Positions 1-8,820 are shown, counted from the stretch's first letter. The stretch is 28,033 nt of DNA from Myxococcota bacterium (GCA_041611735.1 JBFIML010000049.1:1-28033), one strand, 5' to 3'. Notes: generated by a model from the sequence alone, not told the origin. Numbers and translations are program-made.

Positions 1-24
1 CCGCGCGGCCCTCGAAGGGGCCGG

Positions 25-1491
25 CTAGTCGCTCGGCTGCTGCTCGTACTCGTCGAGGTGAGGCCGGCGCATGCTCCACCAGTAGCGCAGGCTCGAGCCG
101 GGCCAGAGCGCAAAGACGCGGCCCTTGTCGTCCTGGTACCAACTCTTGCAGCTGCCTTCCCAGATCATCTTCTGCATGCCGTCTCGGATTCCGGCTTCGA
201 ACTGCTGCGCCGCTTCCGCTCGGGGTGCCAGGGCCGCCAGCCTACGGGCCCTGAGCGCCCGAACGCACTGGACAACGTAGCCCACCTGCGACTCGATCAT
301 GAAGATCACCGAGTTGTGACCGAGTCCGCTGTTCGGTCCGAGCAGCATGAAGAAGTTGGGAAAGCCTGGCACGGCGAGCGTGCGATGCGCGCGGATGCCG
401 TCGCGCCAGACCTCGGAGAGCGCGACTCCGCCCGGCCCAACCACCTCGAGCGGCCAAAGGAAGTTGAAGGGCTGGAAGCCCGTGGCAAAGACGATCGTGT
501 CCACGTGGTGCTTGTCACCGTCCGCAGTGACGATTCCGTCCGGCTCCATGCGCTCGATGCCGCTCGTCACCAGCTCGAGGTTCTCACGCTCGAGCGACGC
601 ATAGAAGTCGTCCGAGATCAGGATCCGCTTGCAGCCGGGCGGGTAGTCGGGCGTGAGCCGCGAGCGAAGCTCGGGATCGGAGATCGCCTCGTCGAGATGC
701 TTGCGACATTGCCGCTCGACGAAGCCGCTCATCCAGCTTCCTTTCTTGAAGGCTGGGTAGCGGCTCTCGAGCAGCCCGTAGATCATCCAACGGTGCAGGC
801 GGGCCAGCCCGGGGACGCGCCGGAAACGCCGCCGGGCCCGCTGCGAATACGGTCGGTCGTTCCGCGGGAAGATCCAGTTGGCCGTGCGCTGGAACAGGAA
901 CAGCTTCTCGGTCGCGGGCGCGATCTGTGGCACCAACTGGATCGCGCTGGCGGCGCTTCCGATCACCGCCACGCGCCGGCCAGTGAGGTCGTGCTCGTGG
1001 TTCCATTGCGCCGAGTGGAAGTGCACGCCGGCGAAGGCGTCGAGGCCGGGGAGCTTGGGGACGTTCGGCTTGTGAAGACCCCCGAGGGCGCTCACCACCA
1101 CGTCGGCGGACACTTCCTTCCCGCCCGAGAGCTGGATGCGCCAGCGCCCGTCGTGGTGCTCCACCCGCTTGATCTCGCTTCGGAAGCGCAGGTGCGGGCC
1201 GAGCCCGTACTTCGTGGCCGTGCGCTCGCAGTACTCCTGGATCTCCCAGCCCGGCGGGAAGACGCGGCTCCAGTCGGGGTTCAGCTCGAAGGAATAGGAG
1301 TAGAGGTGCGACGGCACGTCGCACGCGACACCCGGGTAGGTGTTGTCGCGCCAGGTGCCGCCGACCTGGTCCGTCTTTTCGAGGATCGTGAACGAGTCGA
1401 TGCCGGCGCGCTTGAGCTGGATGCCCATGCACAGGCCCGACAGCCCCGCCCCGAGGACGGCGATCTCGGGAGTCCCGCCTCGCTGGGTCAT
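25..1491 (-). CDS. FAD/NADPH-dependent monooxygenase, type I Baeyer-Villiger (BVMO) family
   Basis: N-terminal GAGLSG Rossmann motif; GGTWRDNTYPGVACD and FAGVHFHSAQW BVMO fingerprints; second dinucleotide motif IGSAASA. Start placed at ATG 1491 (the ORF track starts at GTG 1515). Confidence 0.9.
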   Translation of the reverse strand: MTQRGGTPEIAVLGAGLSGLCMGIQLKRAGIDSFTILEKTDQVGGTWRDNTYPGVACDVPSHLYSYSFELNPDWSRVFPPGWEIQEYCERTATKYGLGPHLRFRSEIKRVEHHDGRWRIQLSGGKEVSADVVVSALGGLHKPNVPKLPGLDAFAGVHFHSAQWNHEHDLTGRRVAVIGSAASAIQLVPQIAPATEKLFLFQRTANWIFPRNDRPYSQRARRRFRRVPGLARLHRWMIYGLLESRYPAFKKGSWMSGFVERQCRKHLDEAISDPELRSRLTPDYPPGCKRILISDDFYASLERENLELVTSGIERMEPDGIVTADGDKHHVDTIVFATGFQPFNFLWPLEVVGPGGVALSEVWRDGIRAHRTLAVPGFPNFFMLLGPNSGLGHNSVIFMIESQVGYVVQCVRALRARRLAALAPRAEAAQQFEAGIRDGMQKMIWEGSCKSWYQDDKGRVFALWPGSSLRYWWSMRRPHLDEYEQQPSD

Positions 1492-1498
1492 CTGCCCA

Positions 1499-1507
1499 AG
1501 TGTGTCA
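1499..1507 (-). promoter_or_regulatory. Putative extended -10 element (TG-A-CACACT) 7 nt before the BVMO ATG; leaderless-type
   Basis: Minus strand reads tgACACACTtgggcagATG, with no Shine-Dalgarno in between. Confidence 0.35.
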
Positions 1508-1597
1508 GCTCTCACCCCCGCCTGCCAGAGCTACGCGCTCGGCTCTCGCGGATCCTCGATCCGAACGACGCACGCGTGGCGCGCTTCCGGTCGCTCG

Positions 1598-4500
1598 TCA
1601 CCCGGCCGGAGTGAGTCCGCAGGGCGCGCCGTGTTGCAGTGCGACAGCGAGCTGGCGCACGCGCCGGAGCTCGGTCTGCGCCCCCTGCCGCTCCAGCACC
1701 GCGAGTGCCCGCTCCAGATGAGCGCGCGCCATGGTGGGATCGTGGCGGGAGAGCAGGAGCGCAAGCTCGAGGCGCACGGTGCCCTCCTGGATGACGCCGG
1801 CCGGGAACTCCTCGAGGGCCCGCTCGAGCCAGGCCCGGGCGTGGCGCCGGGCGGGAAGCGCGTGGCGCAGCAAGAAGCCGGGATTGCGGAGCAGATCGCG
1901 CAGCTTCGGCTCGACGCGGGGGTCGCGGCGCGCGATCAGCGCGTAGACGCTAGCGACCACGGCACCGAGCCAGCGCCGGTTGTACAGGCAGCGGCGGCGC
2001 CCGGCGTCCTCGTGCAGCGCGAGGAGCTCCCGCATGCCCTTGGAGAGGCTGCCCTCCCCGAGGGTCGCGAGCGCCAGGGCCGCCTTCGCCAGGCTCGCCA
2101 CCGCGTGGTCGCCATGGGGTAGCGCGTGCGCCAGCACGTCCTCCGCGAGCGCGCGGCTCTCACCGAAACGCCCAAGCGCCGCGCCGGCCACCGCCTCGTA
2201 GGCGCTCGCCAGCGCGCGGACGTGCGGCTCCTGGGCTCGTTCCCGGGCGGCGTGAGCCGCCTCGCTGGCCCGCTCGTGCTCGTTCGCAAGCAGATGCCGG
2301 TGCGCCAGGCAGATGTGGCCCACCACGGCGGCGCGGGAATTGCCTGCGTTTGCGAAGGCGAGCAGCTCCTCCCCGATGCGGCGAGTGCGTTCGAGGTCGC
2401 CGCAGGCAGACGCCGTCAGGCCGATGCCGAGAAGCGATTCGCAGTAGACGTAGTCGCCTCCGGAGGGGAAGCGCGGCGCCAGTTCGCGGGCCGCCTCCGC
2501 TACCCGCAGACCCTCGGCGGAGCGGCCCAGCAGGAAGAGCGTATGGGATTGCCACGTGCGGGCGTAGGCAAGCACGCGCTCGCTCCCGCAGCGCTCGCCG
2601 AGCGCACAAGCGCGCTCGAGCTTCGCGAGGGAGGCGGGCAGCTCCTCCTGATGGTAGAGCGCGTAGCCGAGCCAGCCGAGGAACAGGCCCTCGAGCTCGG
2701 GATCGCCGAGCCGCGCGGCGAGCTCCTCGTGCGCCGCGAGCAGCTCGCGCAGCACGCCGAAGCGTCCCAGGTAGAAGTGGACCAGGCTCCACTCGACGAG
2801 CAGCTCGATCAGCGCGCGGTCCTCGGCCGGCGTGCGCTCCCGGCCCGCGAGCAGGGCGTACGCCTGGGCGAAGTGCACGCCGGCTTCGTCGAGGGCGAAG
2901 CGCCCGACGCACTTGCGGCCGGCTTCGACGCCGTAGCGCACTGCCTGCTCCACGACTCCGCCACGCAGGAAGTGGAAGGCGAGAGCTTCCGCGAACTCCG
3001 CCACGCGGTCGCCGAGCTGCGCCTCCAGGGCGCCGCCAGCCCGCGCGTGCAGCGCCTGGCGCTCGGCCTTGAGCAGACCGTCGTAGGCCACCTCATGGGT
3101 GAGCGCGTGCTTGAAGGCGTACTCGACCCCATCTCTGCCGGCGCGCTGGCGGATCAGGTCCGCCGCCTCTAGGGCGACGAGGCGAGCCTCGAGCCCGCCG
3201 GCGTCGCTGCTCACGCGAGCCAGCAGTCCCGGCTGGAACTGGCGGCCCACGACGGCCGCCTCCCGAAGCAGGCGGCGCTCGCCCGCGCCGAGCCGGTCGA
3301 TGCGCGCGGCGAGCACGCCGCGGATGCTGCTCGGGATCTCGGCCTCGGCCGGCGGACGGACCAGGCGCCAGCCCGGGCCCTCCACGGCCCCGGTCTCGAG
3401 CAGGGAGCGGACGATCTCCTCCGCGTAGAAGGGATTGCCGTCGCAGCGCTCCACGACGAAGCGCGCGAGCGCCTCGTCGGGCGGGTCGCCGCCCAGAAGC
3501 GAGGCCAGCAGCACCCGCGTCTGCTCCGGCCGGAGCTCGGCCAGCTCGAGGGCCCGCCCGCCCGCTCCGAGGTGGACGTCCGGCCGGTGGTTGAAGAGGA
3601 AGAGCGCCGGCGCGGAGAAGTCCCGGGTCACCGCGCGCAGCAGGCCCAGCGTCGAGGCGTCGGCCCAGTGCAAATCCTGGAAGCACACCAGTGTCGGCGC
3701 ACGCGCGGCCGCGGCGACCAGCAGTGCGCGCAGCGCAGCGAGGATTCGCGCGGGGAAGGCCTCACGGTCGATCGCCATCGTCCCGGCAAGCTCGAGCTGG
3801 TAGAGGCGGGCCAGGACCGGGAGCAGCGCCTCGACCTCGCCGCCGAGGGCCGCGATCCCGCCTTCCAGCTTCTCGCGCACGGCGGCGGGCGAATCGTTCG
3901 TGGCAATGCGAAAGCTCCGACTCAAGAGGTCGATCACCGGCGCGTAGGGAACCTGCTCCGCGTCGGCGCGGGCGCGGCCCTCGAGCCAGCGCACGTCGCT
4001 GCCGAGCCGCGCGCGCAGCTCCTCGACCAAGCGCGTCTTCCCGCTACCGGCGTCACCGACGATGGAGATGGCCCCGCCGCCGCCCGCGCGCAGGCGCTCG
4101 ACCGCGTCGAGCAGGGTCGCCAGCTCAGCCGCGCGGCCCACGAAGACGCCCCGGCGCGGGGCCGCGACCTCGCGGGCTGCGCCGCGCACCCGCGCCAGCG
4201 CCACCGGCGCCGCCTTGCCCTTGAGCTCGTGGAGCCCGAGCTCCTCGAGCTCGTAGGCGCCGGCGACGAGGCTGCGCGTGGCGGGTCCGACCCAGATCTC
4301 CCCCGGTGCGGCCAGGGCCATGATGCGCGCGGCGAGGTTGATGGTGTCGCCCAGCGGCCCCGCGGTGCCGCGGTCCAGGCGGAGCTCGCCGGTCACGACC
4401 AGTCCCGTGCTGATGCCGCTGTGAAGCGCGATGCGCGTTCCCGCCTGCGCCTCGACCTCGGGCGCGAACGTCTCCATCCAGTGGTGGAGCTCGAGGGCCG

Positions 4501-4855
4501 CGCGCACGGCTCGAAGCGGATCGTCCTCATGCGCCTGCGGGACACCAAAGAGCGCCATCAGCGCATCGCCGATGAACTTCTCGATGCGACCGCCGTGGCG
4601 GGCGACCACCTCGGCCGCGCTCCGGAAGATCTGCGCCATGATCTCGCGCGTCTCTTCGAGATCGAGCCGCTCGCTGAGGGTGGTGAAGCCGGTCAGGTCG
4701 GAGAAGAGGACGGTCACCTGCTTGCGCTCGGCGTCGCCCGGGGCGGCGCTCTGCGCGAGAGCCAACGCCGACCCGCACTGGCTGCAGAAGCGGGCCCCCA
4801 CCCCTGGCGAGGCGCCACAGGACGAGCACCTCACCTTGCTCTCCGGGCTCGACAT
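1598..4855 (-). CDS. Zinc-ribbon + class III nucleotide cyclase + STAND-type (AAA_16) NTPase + TPR-like helical protein
   Basis: CSSCG...FCSQCG ribbon; cyclase motifs VTVLFSDLTGFT, EKFIGDALM, GDTINLAAR; Walker A GDAGSGKT; Walker B-like CFQDLHWAD; GNPFY and YAFKHALTHEVAY motifs. ATG at 4855 preceded by GGAGGG. Confidence 0.9.
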   Translation of the reverse strand: MSSPESKVRCSSCGASPGVGARFCSQCGSALALAQSAAPGDAERKQVTVLFSDLTGFTTLSERLDLEETREIMAQIFRSAAEVVARHGGRIEKFIGDALMALFGVPQAHEDDPLRAVRAALELHHWMETFAPEVEAQAGTRIALHSGISTGLVVTGELRLDRGTAGPLGDTINLAARIMALAAPGEIWVGPATRSLVAGAYELEELGLHELKGKAAPVALARVRGAAREVAAPRRGVFVGRAAELATLLDAVERLRAGGGGAISIVGDAGSGKTRLVEELRARLGSDVRWLEGRARADAEQVPYAPVIDLLSRSFRIATNDSPAAVREKLEGGIAALGGEVEALLPVLARLYQLELAGTMAIDREAFPARILAALRALLVAAAARAPTLVCFQDLHWADASTLGLLRAVTRDFSAPALFLFNHRPDVHLGAGGRALELAELRPEQTRVLLASLLGGDPPDEALARFVVERCDGNPFYAEEIVRSLLETGAVEGPGWRLVRPPAEAEIPSSIRGVLAARIDRLGAGERRLLREAAVVGRQFQPGLLARVSSDAGGLEARLVALEAADLIRQRAGRDGVEYAFKHALTHEVAYDGLLKAERQALHARAGGALEAQLGDRVAEFAEALAFHFLRGGVVEQAVRYGVEAGRKCVGRFALDEAGVHFAQAYALLAGRERTPAEDRALIELLVEWSLVHFYLGRFGVLRELLAAHEELAARLGDPELEGLFLGWLGYALYHQEELPASLAKLERACALGERCGSERVLAYARTWQSHTLFLLGRSAEGLRVAEAARELAPRFPSGGDYVYCESLLGIGLTASACGDLERTRRIGEELLAFANAGNSRAAVVGHICLAHRHLLANEHERASEAAHAARERAQEPHVRALASAYEAVAGAALGRFGESRALAEDVLAHALPHGDHAVASLAKAALALATLGEGSLSKGMRELLALHEDAGRRRCLYNRRWLGAVVASVYALIARRDPRVEPKLRDLLRNPGFLLRHALPARRHARAWLERALEEFPAGVIQEGTVRLELALLLSRHDPTMARAHLERALAVLERQGAQTELRRVRQLAVALQHGAPCGLTPAG

Positions 4856-4974
4856 GGAGCGCCCTCCCGAGGGCGGGTGCCCGTCTCGTCGAACACGTGC
4901 TGGTCGAGGACCGTGGGCAGGGCCACGCCGTGGAGGGAACGGACCCGATCGGGAGCGAAGCTTCCCGACCGCAT
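4831..4974 (-). CDS. Possible small (47 aa) ORF or gene remnant overlapping the cyclase start
   Basis: GGAGGT-N8-ATG; MRSGSFAPDRVRSLHGVALPTVLDQHVFDETGTRPREGAPCRARRAR*; the central codons nearly all end in G/C. Below the ORF-track cutoff and no recognisable homology. Confidence 0.3.
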   Translation of the reverse strand: MRSGSFAPDRVRSLHGVALPTVLDQHVFDETGTRPREGAPCRARRAR

Positions 4975-5093
4975 GGGCGACTACCTCCGGCGGCCGCTCG
5001 AACCCGATGCCGAAACCGCGGAAGGATACACCCGCCGGGACAGGAGCGGGGAGCGGATCGGGCCACCGGGCCCATGGGCCTGAACCCGGGCGG

Positions 5094-5555
5094 TCACCTC
5101 GGGATCTGGAGCTCCTCGGGGAGCGTCCCGTCCAGGAAGGCCGACTCCTCGATGCGCTCGGCGATGCGCCAGCCCTCCCCGGTGCGCACCAGGCGGTCGT
5201 TGTAGTAGGCGCCCACCGTGAACATGTGGAGGCTCCCATCCTTCTTCGGGAAACCCATGGGATTCAGGACCGCGGTGCGCGCCCGGGCCGCGTCGCCCGA
5301 GAGCGTCACGGTCGAGTTCGTGACGTAGTGGACGTAGGTCGGGAAGGCCGCGAGCGCCTTCTGGAGCCACGCGCGCACCTCGGGGTAGGCGCCCTTCACG
5401 CCGCCGGCGCTGGTGTAGTCCAGGTGCGCGTCGGGGGTGAAGCAGGTGTCGAGGAGCTTCCAGTCCTTCGAGTCGAGCGCCGTGGTGTAGCGGATCAGCA
5501 GGTCGTTGATCTGGATGCGGTCGGAGATCTCGCGGAGCGTCATCTCGGCGGCCAT
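5094..5555 (-). CDS. Nuclear transport factor 2 / SnoaL-like family protein
   Basis: DRIQINDLLIRYTTALDSKDW...FTPDA...HYVTN...YNDRLVRTGEGWRI pattern typical of SnoaL_4 proteins; GGAGG RBS. Confidence 0.85.
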   Translation of the reverse strand: MAAEMTLREISDRIQINDLLIRYTTALDSKDWKLLDTCFTPDAHLDYTSAGGVKGAYPEVRAWLQKALAAFPTYVHYVTNSTVTLSGDAARARTAVLNPMGFPKKDGSLHMFTVGAYYNDRLVRTGEGWRIAERIEESAFLDGTLPEELQIPR

Positions 5556-5568
5556 TCGAAGCCTCCCC

Positions 5569-6759
5569 CTACTGCTTGACGATCGTGGCCGAGCCGTGGC
5601 CGAAGAGGCCCTGGTTCACGGCCAGCCCCACGCGCGCGCCTTCCACCTGGCGCTCCCCGGCCTGGCCGCGTAGCTGCCAGACCAGCTCGCAAACCTGCGC
5701 CAGGGCCTGGGCCGGGATCGCCTCGCCGAAGCACGAGAGGCCGCCGCTCGGGTTCACGGGGAGACGACCGCCGACCTGGGTGGCACCCTCGCGCAGCAGC
5801 TTCTCGGCCTCCCCGGGCTTGCACAGGCCCACGTTCTCGTACCAGTCGAGCTCGAGGGCCGTGGAGAGGTCGTAGACCTCGGCCAGGTGCAGGTCCTCGG
5901 GGCCGAGGCTCGCCTCCTCGTAGACCGCCTGGGCGATGGTGTCCTTGAAGGGTGCGTCCGGCACGGAGACGCCGAGCGTCGAGTCGGTGGCGAAGTTCGG
6001 CATCTCGAGGACCGTGTTCGGGTAGCGCGGGGTGACCGTCGAGACCGCCGCAAGGCGCACGGGGTCCCGGGCGTGCTTGCGGGCGAACTTCAGGCTCGTG
6101 AGCACGATCGCCGCCCCCCCGTCGCTGGTGGCGCAGATCTGGAGCAGCCGCAGCGGGTCCGAGACCACCGGCGAAGCCAGGACCTCCTCCTCGGTGAACT
6201 TCTTCCTGTAGCGCGCGTTCGGGTTGGCGAAGCCGTGGCGGCTGTTCTTGACCTTGACGCGGGCGAAGTCGCGCTCCGTGGCGCCGTGGAGCTCCATGCG
6301 CCGGCGCGCGTAGAGGCCGAAGTAGACCGGGTTGGTGGCGCCGAGGATGCGGAAGCGCAGCCAGTCCGGGTCGTCGGGGCGGTCGCCTCCGGTGGGGGCG
6401 AAGAAGCCCTTCGGCGCGGTGTCGGCGCCCACCACCAGGGCCACGTCGCAGAGGCCGGCCAGGATGCGGGAGCGCGCGGCATCGAGCGCCTGGGCGCCGG
6501 TGGCGCAGGCCCCGTAGGCGCTCACCACCGGGATGCCGGTCCAGCCCAGGGCCTGGGCAATGCTCGCGCCGGCCACGTAGCCCGGGTAGCCGTTGCGGAT
6601 CGTGTCGCCGCCGGCCAGGAACTGGACGTCCTTCCACTCGAGCCCCGCGTCGGCCAGCGCCGCGCGCGCGGCGGCGACGCCGTACTCGACGAAGTTGCGG
6701 CCCCACTTGCCCCAGGGGTGCATGCCGACGCCCAGCACCGCGACTTCGTTGGAGCTCAT
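5569..6759 (-). CDS. Thiolase-like 'lipid-transfer protein' (SCP2-thiolase/Ltp type)
   Basis: VAVLGVGMHPWGKW start, GACATG, SDGGAA, AEVYD, VNPSGGL, ELVWQLRGQAGERQVEGA. ATG 6759 overlaps the DUF35 stop (ATGA). Confidence 0.88.
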   Translation of the reverse strand: MSSNEVAVLGVGMHPWGKWGRNFVEYGVAAARAALADAGLEWKDVQFLAGGDTIRNGYPGYVAGASIAQALGWTGIPVVSAYGACATGAQALDAARSRILAGLCDVALVVGADTAPKGFFAPTGGDRPDDPDWLRFRILGATNPVYFGLYARRRMELHGATERDFARVKVKNSRHGFANPNARYRKKFTEEEVLASPVVSDPLRLLQICATSDGGAAIVLTSLKFARKHARDPVRLAAVSTVTPRYPNTVLEMPNFATDSTLGVSVPDAPFKDTIAQAVYEEASLGPEDLHLAEVYDLSTALELDWYENVGLCKPGEAEKLLREGATQVGGRLPVNPSGGLSCFGEAIPAQALAQVCELVWQLRGQAGERQVEGARVGLAVNQGLFGHGSATIVKQ

Positions 6760-7184
6760 GCAGCGGGCCTCCACTTCCAGATCAGGTACTCGTTCGTCTC
6801 GTCCTGCCAGAGGGGCTCCAGGACGAGCTCCATCTCCATGCCGGCGCGGAGATCCCCGATGCCCGTGCCCCGCGCCACCTGCCCGAGGACGACCATCTTC
6901 TCGTCGGGCAGCTCCACGGCCGCGATGGCGTAGGGCTCGAAGGGCTCGCGCGCCGGGTACGGCGGCGGCGGCGCGTAGGCGCTGTTGGTCCAGGACCAGA
7001 GGCGCCCGCGCCGGCCGAGGGGCACCTCCTCGAGCTCGGTCCTGCCGCAGGCGGGGTTGCGGCAAGAAGCCGTCTCCTTGGGGAAGAAGACGGCGCCGCA
7101 GGCGGAGCAGCGCGTGCCCAGGAGGCGGGGCTCCCCCTGCGTCGTGAACCACCCCGGGGCGGCGGGAACGCGCGTCTTGCCCAT
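6756..7184 (-). CDS. DUF35 Zn-ribbon/OB-fold protein (thiolase partner)
   Basis: MGKTRVPAAPGWF...RLLGTRCSACGAVFFP...CRNPAC...GRLWSWT...PYAIAAVEL; GGAGG RBS; translationally coupled to the thiolase. Confidence 0.88.
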   Translation of the reverse strand: MGKTRVPAAPGWFTTQGEPRLLGTRCSACGAVFFPKETASCRNPACGRTELEEVPLGRRGRLWSWTNSAYAPPPPYPAREPFEPYAIAAVELPDEKMVVLGQVARGTGIGDLRAGMEMELVLEPLWQDETNEYLIWKWRPAA

Positions 7185-7222
7185 GCTCGAGCCTCCGATC
7201 CCGGCAGCGTTTCTAGCACAGT

Positions 7223-8731
7223 TCAGATGGCACGGTCGCGGCCCGCCCAGTAGCGGTCGCGCAGCAGGCGCACGCGCAGCTTGCCGGTCGGGTGGCGCGG
7301 CAGCTTCTCCTCGAAGTCGACGGAGCGCGGCACCTTGTAGGCGGCCAGGTGCTGCCGGGCGAAGTCCAGGATGTCGGCCTCCAGCGCCGGCCCGGGCTCG
7401 AAACCCGGCCGCAGCTCCACGGCCGCCTTCACCGTCTCGCCCCACTCGTCGTCGGGGATGCCGAAGACGCCCACATCGGAGACGGCCGGGTGCTCGTGCA
7501 GCACCTGCTCCACCTCGGCCGGGTAGACGTTCACGCCACCGGTGATGATCATGTTGGACTTGCGATCGCACAGATGGACCCAGCCCTCGGCGTCCACCCA
7601 GCCCACGTCGCCGATGGTGAAGGTGGCCGGCCCGAGGTGCGCCCGCGCCGTCTTCTCCACGTCCCGGTGGTATTCGAAGACGTCCGGCAGCTTCTTGTGG
7701 CGACAGAAGAGCGTCCCGACCTGGCCGGGCGGCAGCGGCTGGCCGAGCTCGTCGGCAGCGAACACCTCGTAGGCCGGGACCGCGCGGCCCACGGTGCCCG
7801 GGTGGGCGAGCCAATCCTCGGAGCCCACCAGCGTGCAGACCCCGCTCTCGGTGGCGCCCCAGTACTCCACCAGCACGGCCCCCCACCACTCGATCATGCG
7901 GCGTTTCACGGCGCTGGAGATCGGCGCGGCGCCGTGCAGCACCAGGGAGAGATCGGGCGCGCGGAAGGCCGCACGCACGTCGGCCGGGAGGCGCAGCAGG
8001 CGCACGAACATGGTGGGGACCAGGTGCGTGTGGCGGATGACGCGCTCCTGGAGGGCGTCGAGCACCGCGCGCTCGTCGAAGCGCGGCAGGATCACGACGG
8101 ACGCCCCGTTCTGCTGGTCGTAGACCGCGAAGAGCAGCGGCGCCGCGTGGTAGAGCGGGCCCGTCACCAGGTGCGGGCCGCTCCCGTCCAGACCCAGGGC
8201 GGCGCCGGCCGTGCGCTGGTAGTCGAGGGCGGCGTCGAGCGTGGGTGGGCGCGTGCGCTTGACGCCCTTGGGTCGTCCGCTCGTCCCGCTGGTGTAGATC
8301 ATGGTGCCGCCGGGCGGGCCATCGCCGGGCATCGGCGCGTCGGAGACGCCGGCCAGGGCGCGGTCCAGCTCCTCGCCCACCCGGATCCGCTGCGGCGCGC
8401 CGGCGGCGCGGGCCGCCGCCTCGCGGGGCTCGTCGCAGAAGACCACGCGGCTGCCCGAGTCCTGGATCACGTGGGCGATCTCCTCGGGCGTCAGGTGGCG
8501 GTTGATGGGCGTCAGCCAGATGCCCGCGTGCAGGGCGCCCAGCACCAGCTCCACGCACTCCAACCGGTTGCCCAGCAGGAAGGCCGCGTGGTCGTCGGGG
8601 CCCAGCCCGAGCTCGTCGCGCAGCAGGTGGGCGATGCGGGCGGTGCGGTCGCGGAGCTCCGCCCGGCTGCGCTGCCGCACCCCGTCGTCGAGAGCGGGAG
8701 GACGTTGTTGACTGATTGGCTTCTCCCTCAC
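7223..8731 (-). CDS. Acyl-CoA synthetase (AMP-binding, bile-acid-CoA-ligase-like group)
   Basis: YTSGTSGRPKG, GPLYHAAP, EYWGATE, IGDVG, DRKSNMIITGGVNVYPAEVE, PTGKL. The start is uncertain because the N-terminus is encoded by a repeat arm. Confidence 0.88.
   Translation of the reverse strand: MREKPISQQRPPALDDGVRQRSRAELRDRTARIAHLLRDELGLGPDDHAAFLLGNRLECVELVLGALHAGIWLTPINRHLTPEEIAHVIQDSGSRVVFCDEPREAAARAAGAPQRIRVGEELDRALAGVSDAPMPGDGPPGGTMIYTSGTSGRPKGVKRTRPPTLDAALDYQRTAGAALGLDGSGPHLVTGPLYHAAPLLFAVYDQQNGASVVILPRFDERAVLDALQERVIRHTHLVPTMFVRLLRLPADVRAAFRAPDLSLVLHGAAPISSAVKRRMIEWWGAVLVEYWGATESGVCTLVGSEDWLAHPGTVGRAVPAYEVFAADELGQPLPPGQVGTLFCRHKKLPDVFEYHRDVEKTARAHLGPATFTIGDVGWVDAEGWVHLCDRKSNMIITGGVNVYPAEVEQVLHEHPAVSDVGVFGIPDDEWGETVKAAVELRPGFEPGPALEADILDFARQHLAAYKVPRSVDFEEKLPRHPTGKLRVRLLRDRYWAGRDRAI
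8698..8727 (+). repeat. Solo arm of the 30-bp repeat family (GAGGACGTTGTTGACTGATTGGCTTCTCCC)
   Basis: Direct match to the arms at 8732, 13450 and 21330; starts 34 bp before the next arm. Confidence 0.85.
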
Positions 8732-8820
8732 GGGGACGTCGTTGCCTGATCGACTTTTCGGCGGTGCAGAGGGAGCGGCAGCCGTTCAAACCGAAACGTC
8801 ATTCAGCCAACAACGTCCCC
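8732..8820. repeat. Inverted-repeat element copy A (89 bp; MITE/REPIN-like)
   Basis: Arms 8732-8761 GGGGACGTCGTTGCCTGATCGACTTTTCGG and reverse complement of 8791-8820 GGGGACGTTGTTGGCTGAATGACGTTTCGG; 25/30 identical; 29-bp spacer. Confidence 0.88.

Noticed and set aside
1598-4855. Anti-phage (Pycsar/Avs-like) defence system
   Set aside because: No adjacent cNMP-binding effector, nuclease or other defence genes. The architecture matches the widespread signalling cyclase-ATPase-TPR family.
8698-8820. The repeat arms as a CRISPR array
   Set aside because: The arms are mostly inverted, dispersed over 13 kb and degenerate. The only tandem pair is separated by 4 bp, and no cas genes are present.
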